Shown piece after piece: positions 6,829 through 18,430 of a DNA stretch of 64,000 nucleotides. The translations under genes and the position numbers were made by a program. The notes under the pieces are model-generated. The model made no database searches and was not told where the DNA came from. It saw only the letters and a program-made list of their open reading frames with translations. Source of the DNA: Setoptus koraiensis (taxonomy: Eukaryota > Animalia > Arthropoda); the NCBI GenBank assembly GCA_048013815.1, contig CM106586.1:1860001-1924000 (forward strand), in the 5' to 3' direction. Position 1 is the stretch's first letter; each line of letters opens with the position of its first letter.

Positions 6829-9603
6829 TTGTTACAAAAAGATTATTTTTGGCCAACAATGGCTGAGGAGGTAAAAGACCACGTACGAGCGTGTGAGGTA
6901 TGTCAGAGAAGAAAGGCCGTGAGAGATAAAGAGTTTGGTATGATGAACTCGTTCGATGCGCTTGAGCCGTTTGAACTGGTAGCGGTGGATTGCATCGGAC
7001 CGATAAACCCAGGGTCCAAGCACGTGATGGTGGCCATAGATATTTTCACCCGATACGTAGAGTTGAAGGTGGTGAATAATGTAACGGCGGGAGAGTTCGC
7101 AAAATTTCTGATGGAAAATTTAGTAGCGAGGCACGGACCACCAAAGACTTTATTAACGGATAACGCAGCAACTTTCGGTAACGAGACAGTCCGGGAATTA
7201 GAAAGACTGCTACTTATGAAACACATACGCAGCACTCCAAGACATTCAAGAGGTAACGCCGTCGTCGAACGGGTCAACCAGACCATAGGTGATAAATTGG
7301 CCATGATGATATGGGGCGACGACGATTACCAAAGGGAGAACTGGGTCGAGGCAGTTCCCTTTGTGGCATACTCAATCAATGTAACTAGACATGCGTCAAC
7401 GGGGTTCTCGCCTTTTGAATTGGTATACGGAAGACAACCCCAACTATTGAATGAATTGGTATCGTCCGAAGAGACGACCGTACATCAGCTGTATAGCAGC
7501 CTGATAAAACTCCGTTTAGACCGGGACATTAAGGAAGCTTACCGTACAAACAAAGAGGCGCAAATGCGTAGTCGTCGGTATTTCGACGAGCGACATCAGC
7601 CCAGAGAGTTCAAGATAGGTGACGTGGTGTGGGTGCATAAGAAAGAGGCGAGAAGGCCAAAACTGAAGCCACGATATGAAGGTCCGTATGTCGTTGTGGT
7701 TAGAAAACCGCACGATATTTATGAATTGAAACATTTAGAAGCAGATAAGAGCACCATCCTGAGACATGTAAGCGCGCTCAAGAAGTGCCATGGAGTGCAA
7801 GGTGCTGAATCAGAAACAGAGTCGAATCAAAGCGAGAATAGCGAAGACAGCGAAGACGAACAGAGGGCGGATGTTGATCCAAACGAGCCCTCAGGTACAG
7901 TCAACGCGGTTCGTAGCCAAGGCGCCGTGTATCGAGGCGAAACGTGGTTGAGAACTTTTGCGACGCTGGTACTGCTCTCGTTCTGCGTACAGCTGGCGGA
8001 GACCTTAGAACACGTTTTGTCTGCCGAATCACCCATTTTGTGGAAACGAACCGAGAAGTTCGTCATCACAGGTTTAACAGAGTACGAGTACATGGTTGTT
8101 TTTGAGTCGCCGTGCAATATTTTTATCGGCATGACGGCGGACGTGGCGCTAAACAACCAATATTTCGTAGAGTGCCAGACTTTATTCAAGGCTGTTATCC
8201 TTAATAAAGTGGGGTCTTGGTGCAGCATCATACCAGAAGCGGTAGCTGACGATTTCGAAATACCAAGTCAAGTGACTAAGTCTCGTTTTAGGAGAAGCGA
8301 AAACAACACAACAGAAGGTGTGAAAGAGAAGAGGCAGGTAGCCGTCGGAATTGCCGCGGGACTGTCTTTAGAGTGGTGCATCACGAGGTTGTACGACTCG
8401 GTCTCGGGCTATTTCCGGAGGTCGTCTGACCAGGCCACTGAAGAGAACAATAGAGTTATCCAAGAAGAGATAGTGAAGATGCGAAACACTTTGAACGCAT
8501 CATTGGTAATCCAAAACGCAAGGAAAGCGGTTTGGGAGGATGTTTTAAGTAACCAAGAGTCCGTTTTGGCGTCCTTGGGGAAGATCAGCGCGGCGTTTCC
8601 ACATGCAACGTGGACCTCGATCTACGTGGCAAACTTAATGTACGCTCGATCGAGATACCTAGATGACATCATCCACGAGTGGAAGCGCGGGCGCATATCT
8701 GAATCATTGGGGTATTTGTTGAACTCCACGACGTTAGTGAACTTACTCCCAGCTGCAACGACAGCCAAAAGCTGCAGCCTCCATTCCGGGAACATGGTAA
8801 TGATTAAGTTTTGGACGAAGAACGTTGACAGGAACTCGTTTGTGGTCACCGCCGATCCTTTCAAGATTTACACCAATTTAACTAGACAACCGACATTGAG
8901 GGAGTACTCGGGACCCGTTCATTTGATTTACAATCGTTCTAGTGATTGTACTAAGAGTATAGACGTCGATAACAATATGTTCATTTTAGGCAGCTGTACA
9001 GAACAGCATCACCATGAAGATTTGAGGAGTATGTGGAGACCGTTGGTCACACACGACACAATCACTGGCATTGTGCCAACAAATGAGGCCAAAGTAGGTT
9101 ACAGGGCCATGCATGTATATTGCTATCCCGGAAACATAACCGTGGGAGGGGAAGCAATGAATTGCCCACCTAACGTGTTCAAAATCGATAATACGATATC
9201 ATGGAATTTGACAGATCGCTCTTACGCAGCCACTCCTGATTCAATCAAGTTGCAAGCAATTTTAGGGTTTAGAACTTTCGTGCCCGTACCGTCTACGAAG
9301 ATCGCTCCCGAAGGGTTGACAATCTTCGATGCCCTTAAACGCATCCAAGAGATGCAAGAAGTTTTGAGCAAGTTAGACAAAGAATCTCTTGGACTTACTG
9401 ATCACACTAAGCAAATAGTGACTTTGTCCAAGCATAACGCAACCTTAGATTTCATCTTGCTATTGCTGGTCGCGATGATCGCGGTATCTGCGTTCAGATG
9501 CATCCGAAGTCGCGGAGTCTTTACGCAGACCCAAAACAGAACACAGCATCTAGGATTGAATACAATCGTCGTAGCACCCGCGACGAGTGCTACATCGACT
9601 TAA
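6829..9603 (+). CDS. Integrase-envelope (class I fusion-like) polyprotein, single open frame
   Basis: Integrase to ~7800, then an acidic linker (ESETESNQSENSEDSEDE), a signal-peptide-like WLRTFATLVLLSFCVQLA (from 7945), basic sites RFRR and KEKR followed by hydrophobic QVAVGIAAGLSL, a heptad-like helix, many N-x-S/T sequons and a C-terminal TM segment (FILLLLVAMIAVSAF). Confidence 0.88.
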   Translation: MLQKDYFWPTMAEEVKDHVRACEVCQRRKAVRDKEFGMMNSFDALEPFELVAVDCIGPINPGSKHVMVAIDIFTRYVELKVVNNVTAGEFAKFLMENLVARHGPPKTLLTDNAATFGNETVRELERLLLMKHIRSTPRHSRGNAVVERVNQTIGDKLAMMIWGDDDYQRENWVEAVPFVAYSINVTRHASTGFSPFELVYGRQPQLLNELVSSEETTVHQLYSSLIKLRLDRDIKEAYRTNKEAQMRSRRYFDERHQPREFKIGDVVWVHKKEARRPKLKPRYEGPYVVVVRKPHDIYELKHLEADKSTILRHVSALKKCHGVQGAESETESNQSENSEDSEDEQRADVDPNEPSGTVNAVRSQGAVYRGETWLRTFATLVLLSFCVQLAETLEHVLSAESPILWKRTEKFVITGLTEYEYMVVFESPCNIFIGMTADVALNNQYFVECQTLFKAVILNKVGSWCSIIPEAVADDFEIPSQVTKSRFRRSENNTTEGVKEKRQVAVGIAAGLSLEWCITRLYDSVSGYFRRSSDQATEENNRVIQEEIVKMRNTLNASLVIQNARKAVWEDVLSNQESVLASLGKISAAFPHATWTSIYVANLMYARSRYLDDIIHEWKRGRISESLGYLLNSTTLVNLLPAATTAKSCSLHSGNMVMIKFWTKNVDRNSFVVTADPFKIYTNLTRQPTLREYSGPVHLIYNRSSDCTKSIDVDNNMFILGSCTEQHHHEDLRSMWRPLVTHDTITGIVPTNEAKVGYRAMHVYCYPGNITVGGEAMNCPPNVFKIDNTISWNLTDRSYAATPDSIKLQAILGFRTFVPVPSTKIAPEGLTIFDALKRIQEMQEVLSKLDKESLGLTDHTKQIVTLSKHNATLDFILLLLVAMIAVSAFRCIRSRGVFTQTQNRTQHLGLNTIVVAPATSATST

Positions 9604-9834
9604 TGAGTTTCGCAGAAGTTGTCGTTGATGTTGCATTACCCTATGTTTCGTTGTTTTTAGCGCTTAATTTTAATTAAGTAGCTATTGGGGTGGTGATTAT
9701 GACTACGTTTATTCACGTGACAGAACAAATCAGTGCTTTTCTCCTTCTAGAAAAAATTAGCACAGCGGAGGCGTTGGTGAGCATTTTGTAGGCTTCATTG
9801 TTGTGAATCTATCTAGTTTGTTAGTGCAGAGAAA

Positions 9835-10380
9835 GCTAGGAGGCGGAGTCATTAGGAAACAATTATACAGTGAAGGCTGAGACGCTAACTAGTAAAAATT
9901 AGCATGCGATAATACTAGCTGTTTACAAATTGAATTTAGCACTGGGGAAGTTAGGAGTGCAAAAACAAGACAGATTTAGCACAATGAAACGCTAAAATGT
10001 TGACTCTTAAAATCTAGCACACGTAAGGCTAGGAGGCGGAGTTTTTAGAAATAAATTATACAGTAGAGGCTGAGACGCTAACTGGTAAAAATTAGCATGT
10101 GATCATGCTAGCTGTTTACAGTTTGAATTTAGCACTGGGGAAGTTAGGAGTGCAAAAACTAGACAGATTTAGCACAATGAAACGCTAAAATGTTGACTCT
10201 TAAAATCTAGCACACGTAAGGCTAGGAGGCGGAGTTTTTAGAAATAAATTATACAGTAGAGGCTGAGACGCTAACTAGTAAATATTAGCATGCGATCATA
10301 CTAGCTGTTTACAAATTGAATTTAGCACTGGGGAAGTTGGGAGTGCAAAAACTAGACAGATTTAGTACAATGAAACGCAT
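9835..10380. repeat. 193-bp tandem array (~2.8 units)
   Basis: GCTAGGAGGCGGAG recurs at 9835, 10028 and 10221 with near-identical intervening sequence. Confidence 0.93.
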
Positions 10381-10767
10381 AGAAAATGACACATTTATCA
10401 ACATGAGTGTTGCGCGAAAGATCGATCAGAAGATATACCAGTTGTTACATATTATTTGAATCACAAAACAATTTGTTAGTTCACTGACAGCTCCGCACAA
10501 TTTGAATTTATCATCACCAATCGTACTGAACATCGTCTGAGGTAATGCAGCTGTCAAACCAGAAGAGAATGGTCTGAATACATTACCTCTAAATATGAAT
10601 TCCTTAACCGTATGTTTATTGTCAAAAATAAAATGGCAGATCGTTATATTTGATGTCCTCGACTCTGTTATATTTAGATATTCAAGAGTTGATCGTCTTA
10701 TTTTGAGCAATCCAGAATATTCATCATGGCTGTATGTATGTTATTTATAGCTACATGCATGCATGAT

Positions 10768-11330
10768 GCGCGATATAACACATAGTACGCCATTGCTGAT
10801 TTTTTGTGTCTCGCAAAATTATTAATTGTGACTAAATTGGGTATCATAAATTCACCAAATTTTGTACGCAAGCAGTCAACATGTGTATCTAGCTATATTG
10901 AAAATCTGAGACATTTTGATTTATTTTGTCACACTCTATAGCTGCTTTGAACAGACCAAACGACTCATTCGCATAGCACACCGCACACAGGTCGCGCGAT
11001 ATAACACATAGTGCGCCATTGCTGATTTTTTGTGTCTCGCAAAATTATTAATTGTGACTAAATTGGGTATCATAAATTAACCAAATTTTGTACGCAAGCA
11101 GTCAACATGTGTATCTAGCTATATTGAAAATCTGAGACATTTTGATTTATTTTGTCACACTCTATAGCTGCTTTGAACAGACCAAACGACTCATTCTCAT
11201 AGCACACCTCACACAAATCGCGCGATATAACACATAGTGCGCCATTGCCGGCTTGTTGTGTCTCGCAAATTTGTTCATTGTGGCAATATTGACCGCTAGA
11301 ACTGCACCAATTTCGGCATGCAGGCAGTTG
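10768..11330. repeat. 226-bp tandem array (~2.5 units, third unit diverged)
   Basis: GCGCGATATAACACATAGT recurs at 10768, 10994 and 11220. The first two units are near-identical. Confidence 0.92.
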
Positions 11331-11491
11331 ACATGATCATCGAACTATGGTAGAAATTTGAAAAACTTTCCATTGCCTATCGGTGTATCTATCAAGATGG
11401 TTATCTCCGACATGTCGTTACATACTCGCTTCTATATTCTTATCATACTTGTCCATCCAAAAAATTAAGCGCTCGAGATACTGACATAATC

Positions 11492-11991
11492 NNNNNNNNN
11501 NNNNNNNNNNNNNNNNNNNNNNNNNNNNNNNNNNNNNNNNNNNNNNNNNNNNNNNNNNNNNNNNNNNNNNNNNNNNNNNNNNNNNNNNNNNNNNNNNNNN
11601 NNNNNNNNNNNNNNNNNNNNNNNNNNNNNNNNNNNNNNNNNNNNNNNNNNNNNNNNNNNNNNNNNNNNNNNNNNNNNNNNNNNNNNNNNNNNNNNNNNNN
11701 NNNNNNNNNNNNNNNNNNNNNNNNNNNNNNNNNNNNNNNNNNNNNNNNNNNNNNNNNNNNNNNNNNNNNNNNNNNNNNNNNNNNNNNNNNNNNNNNNNNN
11801 NNNNNNNNNNNNNNNNNNNNNNNNNNNNNNNNNNNNNNNNNNNNNNNNNNNNNNNNNNNNNNNNNNNNNNNNNNNNNNNNNNNNNNNNNNNNNNNNNNNN
11901 NNNNNNNNNNNNNNNNNNNNNNNNNNNNNNNNNNNNNNNNNNNNNNNNNNNNNNNNNNNNNNNNNNNNNNNNNNNNNNNNNNNNNNNNNNN
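11492..11991. other. Assembly gap (500 N)
   Basis: Run of N. ORFs 11418-12344 and 11443-12051 are artefacts of it. Confidence 0.99.
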
Positions 11992-12340
11992 AAAAAAGTC
12001 TCGGACCACCAATAACCCCGATGATACCCAGCGAATACCCAAGAAAGGCACTTTTTGAGATTGATTTTGGAGGTCACCTCAGTACTTTTTTCATTTTTTT
12101 TTTTTCGTTTAATATACTTCTCTTCGAAAGGAGAATTCGGACCGGAAGTGTGGTCAGCGGACAAGACCTGGAACCGGAAATAACGACACTTTTTTGAGTA
12201 TAGCGGCGAGAGGGGGCGTGGCGGGCGGAAGTCGCGTTCCGCACGGGACTCACCTGGGGGCCCCCTACCGGATAAAAAAAGAATCATCAACCAAGCACCA
12301 TTCCGAAATTTTAGCCCAACCAAACCAACCAACACAGAGA
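11992..12340. mobile_element. Possible end of another non-autonomous element related in motif content to A, B and C
   Basis: Contains GATACCCAGCGAATACCCAAG, CCGGAAGTG, AACCGGAAAT and a GC-rich block, resembling the motifs of A/B/C. No full alignment or TIR is visible because it abuts the gap. Confidence 0.35.
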
Positions 12341-12347
12341 TCATTTG

Positions 12348-13166
12348 TCTTTATTCGAATTCGTTGGAAAGGTGTTAGGTAAGGCTGTTGAGGAGGGCAT
12401 TGTTGTTGATGTACCATTTGTGTCATTTCTTCTCAGTCAAGTTCTTGGTCAGAAGCAAAGTTTACTCTACTCTTGGATTGACGAATTGCCCTCGTTATAT
12501 CCAGAATTGTACAAAAGTCTCACTTACATAAAACATTACGAGGGCGACGTATCAGAACTAGAGCTGACTCTTTCAATCGATCAAGATATTTAAATATGTT
12601 CATTCTGTAGCGAAATCTCGTATGCATCGCGAACAAACGGCCGCCCTCATCAGAGGCTTTCGAGCCATCAGTAATCCAGAATGGATTTCCATGTTTTCAA
12701 CGCTCGAATTGCAACGTCTTATAAGTGGCGACAACAATCTAATTGACATAGCCGATCTCAGGAAACATACTAAATGTTTTGGTGGTTTTCACGGTAATCA
12801 TCGTGTCATCAACTGACTTGGGGATATACTGGAGAAGGATTTCAGCGCCGGAGAGAATAGAATGTTCATGAAATTCATTACAAGCTGCTCGAAGCCACCA
12901 CTATTGGGTTTCGCCAATCTAGAGCCACAATTTACAATTCGTTGCGTAGAGGTTAGCGATGATCAAGGTCTAGGCGATACTGTTGGTTCGGTGCTCAGGG
13001 GATTTTTTGCAATTCGTCGATCTGACCCAGTGGACAGATAGCCCACTTCTTCTACCTGTTTCAATTTGCTCAAATTATCAATTTGCCCAATTATCAAAGA
13101 CGCAGCACTCTCAGGGAAAAATTACGTTATGCCATTAGAAGTAATACTGGCTTTGGGCTGTCGTGA
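12348..13166 (+). pseudogene. UBE3B: Decayed HECT E3 ligase C-terminal fragment, UBE3B-like
   Basis: [23 protein letters not shown]...[20 protein letters not shown]; [17 protein letters not shown]; [28 protein letters not shown]; PTSSTCFNLLK; LREKLRYAIRSNTGFGLS*. Has in-frame stops (~12591, 12814, 13037), an internal deletion and a frameshift, and starts abruptly mid-domain. Confidence 0.88.
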
Positions 13167-13791
13167 TATAGTCATAGAGAAATTGTTGAAAAGAAAACGC
13201 AAACTCATAACTTCTATAACTTAGGAATGTACCATCGCGTAACTTGTTGTCGTGAACACTATACAGACGATAGTTATGAGATGTAAATGCAAATACAAGC
13301 CACACCATGGCACATACCAACGGCATGATAAATCACTGAGATAAATTATATATTTATTCTTTATACAAGTTTAAAACAGTTATGTAGTTAAAATAATAAA
13401 TAATGGACTACCCAGATAAGTACCACTGTCACAAATACATACAGACATGTTTTCAAATGTCCATGTCATTTTTTTCTTCTCCATATATACAGTAGTTTGG
13501 TTGACAGTGATAATTTATTAGATAACATTTTTCATCGAAATACTAGACACAGTATTACAGGTACATTAGTTAGTTTATTTGAGCTAATCGAGGATTTAAT
13601 TTTCTAATCTCTGATTGTTGTTGACACTTGTTACCTTGTGTGAGAGACAAGCTTAATGGTTATTCAGCACAACAGAAATATCACTGTCGGTCGAGTTGGT
13701 GGGTAGCGACAAACCTACAATCGTTAGATTTCATTCGAATCAAAGCAAATATTGTCGTCTTGGGATGCTACTAACAACAAGTTGAATAAGG

Positions 13792-16700
13792 TTATATTAG
13801 CGAGAATGGTGAAAGCGCTGATGTTATTGTGATTACGGCGGAGATTAACACTGTGCCGATGATTGTCGCTGATGGCATTAGCAAGCTGAATGGCCGAGAT
13901 CCATTAGCGGTCATCATCGAGGAGGATGATGTGGAATCGCTGTTAGTTGTTGTAGCTGTTGTATCACCAAGTTGTCTGTTGCCGCTGATAGTTGAGCCTG
14001 ATTTTCACGATGATTATGATTGTTATTATTACCGGAAGAAGAAGAGAGAAAATTTATCGCGCAAGGGAATTAATAAGAAGAAAAAAAAATCCATTTAGTT
14101 TTTTAATGGAAGTGCCTTTTAGTTTGCCAAGAAATTAGATTATCTGCTCATATTGGTCAATTGGGCATGATAATTCGATGAGATTTTGATAAGAATTGAT
14201 TTCTTTTTTCTAAACTCACCCGGCGAATACACTATGGTTCGTTTACTATCATATCTGGTCGACTCTAAATTGGGCAGCGTTATTAGGCATTCGAAATAAG
14301 ACGGACCCTGGCCATATTTGGATATAAGTTCGTCGTCGTCAACGAAACTGGTCACCTGGACATGATAAGCGCTACCAATTTGTTGTTGTTGCTGACTACT
14401 GATACCAGTAATTGGTGGTGGTGGTGGTGGTGGTGCTGTTATAGAGCGAACCCTCTCAACGCGTGTATCTAACTTTAGTAACGAGGGACCTGGGTGTGCA
14501 CCATTGGCAGCCTTGCCTAAACGATATATACTCACTTCAGGCATTGGATACACCTGATCTATATCACAGACTAGAAGAACCCCATTGGACGATCCGCCGC
14601 CAGCTTGACTTGTATTCCAGGGTGGCGCGTCACGGGCAGTTGGTATTCTGCCTGTTTTTTGAAGCCTTTGTAAATATTCCTGAAGTTGTTGTTGTTGTGG
14701 TTGGTGCTGCTGGTTTATATGTGTGTTAGGCATTTGAATGGTATTGAGAGGCGTTTGAATTGCTGTTTGTTGGGATGCAATACTGTTTGTGCCACTAAAT
14801 GATAATCTATTATTGTACTTGGAGGCAACATTAATATTGTTGTTGTTGTTTGTAGATGCCGGAAGTGAATGATTGGGCACCAAAGGTTGTTGCCGTAACC
14901 GATATGGTACAGGAACGGGCTCTGGCCATTGGTTGTGATGGTACTGTTGTTGATTGGCCGATGAGAGACCCATTGTGGGCGCCATCGTTTGCTGGTGCAA
15001 TTGATGTTGCTGGAGGGCACCACTATCACGTTGCTGTTTGATCGCATTGAAACTGAACAATTTTGGTAAGGCTACACGTGTTATCATCATCATTGTTGTT
15101 GTCGTTATCGTGCAGCAACATGAGAAAAGTTTACAGATAGAGAGAGAGACAGTGGGGCGATTAATAGGACAATATTCAATAGTTAACAGAGCATGGAAAA
15201 GTAATCAGGTGATGAGTCATTGACTTTAGCTCATGGTTATCTAGAGATTTGTTGTCGTTACGTAACAGGCATTGGCGTGCTTGTTAGTTACCATATCACA
15301 ACAAACAGTATGGCACAAGTATCGATATGCAGCAGTCAACACTAATGATATTCCATTAGTATTTGTGATTTTGTTTGCAAAAGAGTGCATTTGTTATTCG
15401 TGCCTACTGTCTCTGTTTGTTTTCTGACCCCATGTTTTACGTGTTTGTATTGTGCGCTTTGATTGGGCAATAAAACTGGCTTTTGTTTAAACGCCCATTC
15501 GGCCATCATTGTGTGACAATCGTCCGCTACGGCCAGTGATTTGTGCCATTGTGCGATATGCTGATTGCACTTACTTGTTAGGTCCCCCAAGCAACTCGGC
15601 AATGAGTGACCAACAAGCAACAATGAGCCATTCGAAACAATAGCCAATCATGAACTAGACCCATTGGCGCGCAGTTAGTATCGGCCAACATAGTTAATGG
15701 AGCGTCTCACGGCGAGCGGTGCCAGCAGTAGTTTGTTATTAATTTGAATAACTTGTCCAACTGCTCATCATTTACTCACTGGTCATTTACACACTATATC
15801 TAGCTGACAAGCTGTGAGTATACGTAGTAAGTGTAAGCGAATTACAGTGGTAAGTTGTTTGTATGACCAAATCGATGGAGCTAGGTACAACGTTGCGCAA
15901 TGACCCGGACAACAGCAATACACTTGTTTGTTTGTGTGTAAAAGTGTAGGCTGGTGGCTAAAGTAAAAGTATTGGCTTACTTACCGTAGACCATCATCTT
16001 CTTGGACTTTGAATCGTCGTTGAGCGCCGACATAACAGTACAGGTGTACTTGCCTTGGTTGCGCAATAACACGGTGAGCAAATTAGTGGTATGGCAGTAC
16101 AGTAGTGATAGACGGATAAATAGATAAAGTGCAGCAGAGAGATATTAGCAGGATGAAATTATTTCTGTGCATATTGGCTGGCAGTGAGAGCATAGATAAT
16201 GTGTGGCAGGCATGTAGTTGGCAGGTGAATAGTAATAATAGTCAGAATCATAAGATGCACCAGTCACAGCTCGTGGCTCATTAGCTTAATCAAATTAACC
16301 GCTAGCCGCATGCTACTACTAGTTTGTATACTAACCACTGAGCTCCTTGCTGGGCCTCGTCAATGTAAATCCACGATATTTGTGTGAATCGTCGGATGGC
16401 GTGCTGATATTGTGCTGGCTACTGTCGGGTCTGGTTAATGGATGTGGCTCGTTATTGTTTTGCTGCCACTCGGTTGCATGACTAGCTGACTGAAAGTCGT
16501 TAGTGCCCCTTTGATCAGGTTGTCGCTGAGCATCGATTTGGTTGTTGCTGTTGATTACAATGTGCGAACGAAATTTGACCGACACAAAACGCTTGTTTAG
16601 TTCCGGTATCCATTGATATATGGGCTCGGGCTCGTCTTCGTAATACCATTTGACAACTAAATTTTGATCGTCAATCTTATCATAACTATACAGGCAATCA

Positions 16701-16887
16701 AATTTGGCACCGTTTTGTTGGCTGCCCGTTACAAATGCTCTATATTTATCATTGCTACTAGCAGCTTGTCGACTCATGAACCTTGTTGCTGGCCCGAGTC
16801 CACTGATATCTTGACCCATTCTTGCGCTTGGCTCCTCTTCTTCAAACAAAATATCCGGCACTACAATCTTTTCAATGCTAACTCGAG
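13792..16887 (-). CDS. Beaten-path (Beat)-like two-Ig-domain cell-surface protein. Exons ~16887-16337, 16053-15985, 15071-14220, 13997-13792; signal-peptide exon upstream not located
   Basis: The spliced frame gives RVSIEKIVVP...FDCLYSYD..LVVKWYYEDEPEPIYQWIP...ELSG|KYTCTVMS...MMVY|ALPKLFSF...LVCDIDQVYPMPEV...FECLITLP...YSPG|...hydrophobic C-terminus (GPI/TM-like). Canonical GT-AG sites keep the phase. Confidence 0.78.
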
Positions 16888-18377
16888 CTATTCGTTACAA
16901 CAATTGTGATGACATTTTGACGATGCATTAGCGGTGATGATGATGATGATGAAAATATCAGATAATGAAAATATCAGATAATGAAATCAGTTAGTCAGTT
17001 GGTCAGTTGGTCAGTTGGTCAGTTGGTCAGGTATCAAGTGCGTGTAATGTGATGAACAAGCTGGTAAGTTAACAAGTTGATGTAAAATTATTACATTGTT
17101 AGTTACATTACAAATAAAGTTTAGTTACTGGTATCGACACACACAAACTGGACACAGACATAACAGTCTTATAGAGCATTTAGATGCATTGAGAGATGGC
17201 GATACATAGATCTATCAACAACAAAAACAACAACGCTCATAGTGTCAAATACAGGCCGTGTGTCATCTCGGCTGTCGCAAATCGCCCAACAAGAGATAAG
17301 CTCATTTTAATAAGCTGAACACATGCATAGCAATGGTAAATAGCCAACTGCTTTACTACATGTATTAGTATTGGACACAAGCTCATTAGCATAAAAAGCA
17401 CTGTTTGAGTGCGGCCATCTCTGGGCCGATTACATGTATAGATAGTCTATAGACAGGCACGGACACAATCAACGAAATAATCACAAACAGTCCAATGATA
17501 AGTTTGACAAGCTCGCAGTGTGTGTCTGTCAATTGGCCGAATAGGGCACCTGTAATTGACAGACACAACGCCACAATGTGTACCAATGATACTGCATTTA
17601 GAGTACGTTGCTATAAAACTCTACAAAATACAACAAACATACAGCTAAGGGAAGAGCCAAAACAAAAGCCAAATAAAGTCAGATGATTGAAACAAGCAAA
17701 CAAATAAATAAAGCAAGCCCTGCAATACGGCCAGCAATGGGTGATTTATTGCACGTTGGCCTCACCTCTTGTCATTGTGTGAGTGCGTTTGAGGTGAATT
17801 GAATTGTGCTCGCCAGAGTTGTCCGGTTGCTGGTTGCGTTTGTCACAATTTCAATTGCTAAATTTCAGATGAAATGATTGTATCATTGTGTGACTGTGTG
17901 GCCCATTCAGTGAGCTGAATTGTATTATCGTGTTAGAGCACCATCGACAGATAACGGCACAACAAGGCACGACACAATGTAGTCTGATTACGCAATAATG
18001 TCGTCCATTGTTTACCTCGACAGCGGTTGTATCTGGTGAGTTTTTGTGAGCACACACGTATTATTAGCGATTATTAAATCGGTGTTATACTCTTGTTGAT
18101 ACACACAGCAGCACAGTGCATGGGTGTGCTGTCTGTTGTCGTTGTTGTTGGGCCCGACAACAATTTGAACAAGTTTGTCATGGTTGAGCAGAGTTGCATG
18201 CTAACTGTCAACTGTTACACTCGCCATCTTAACGTCGAGCGCGCACAATCCCAAAAGACTTACAGGTAACAGGAAATGCACACTTATCCGGCTGATGTGC
18301 TGTTGTTGTTGAACTTAAACAATACGTTTTAAACTGACGCAGAGGCGAACTCGAATTCGAACTCGAACCATGGCAAC

Positions 18378-18430
18378 CAAATGGAAACCAAATGGAAACC
18401 AAATGGAAACCGAATGGAAACCAAACGGAA
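18378..18430. repeat. 10-bp minisatellite (AAATGGAAACC-type, ~5 units)
   Basis: CAAATGGAAACCAAATGGAAACCAAATGGAAACCGAATGGAAACCAAACGGAAA. Confidence 0.85.

Larger units (their letters stand above)
6824..10403 (+). mobile_element. 5'-truncated Ty3/gypsy (errantivirus-like) LTR retrotransposon: integrase plus env, possible 3' LTR
   Basis: Integrase Zn-finger CC half (YFWPTM...CEVCQRRK), DDE core (VAVD / LLTDNA / VVERVN) and GPY motif (YEGPY), followed by an env-like region. The putative PPT GGGGTGG and TG...CA LTR (~9694-10403) are tentative because only one copy is visible. Confidence 0.85.

Noticed and set aside
11418-12344. 308-aa and 202-aa ORFs
   Set aside because: Artefacts of translating through 500 N.
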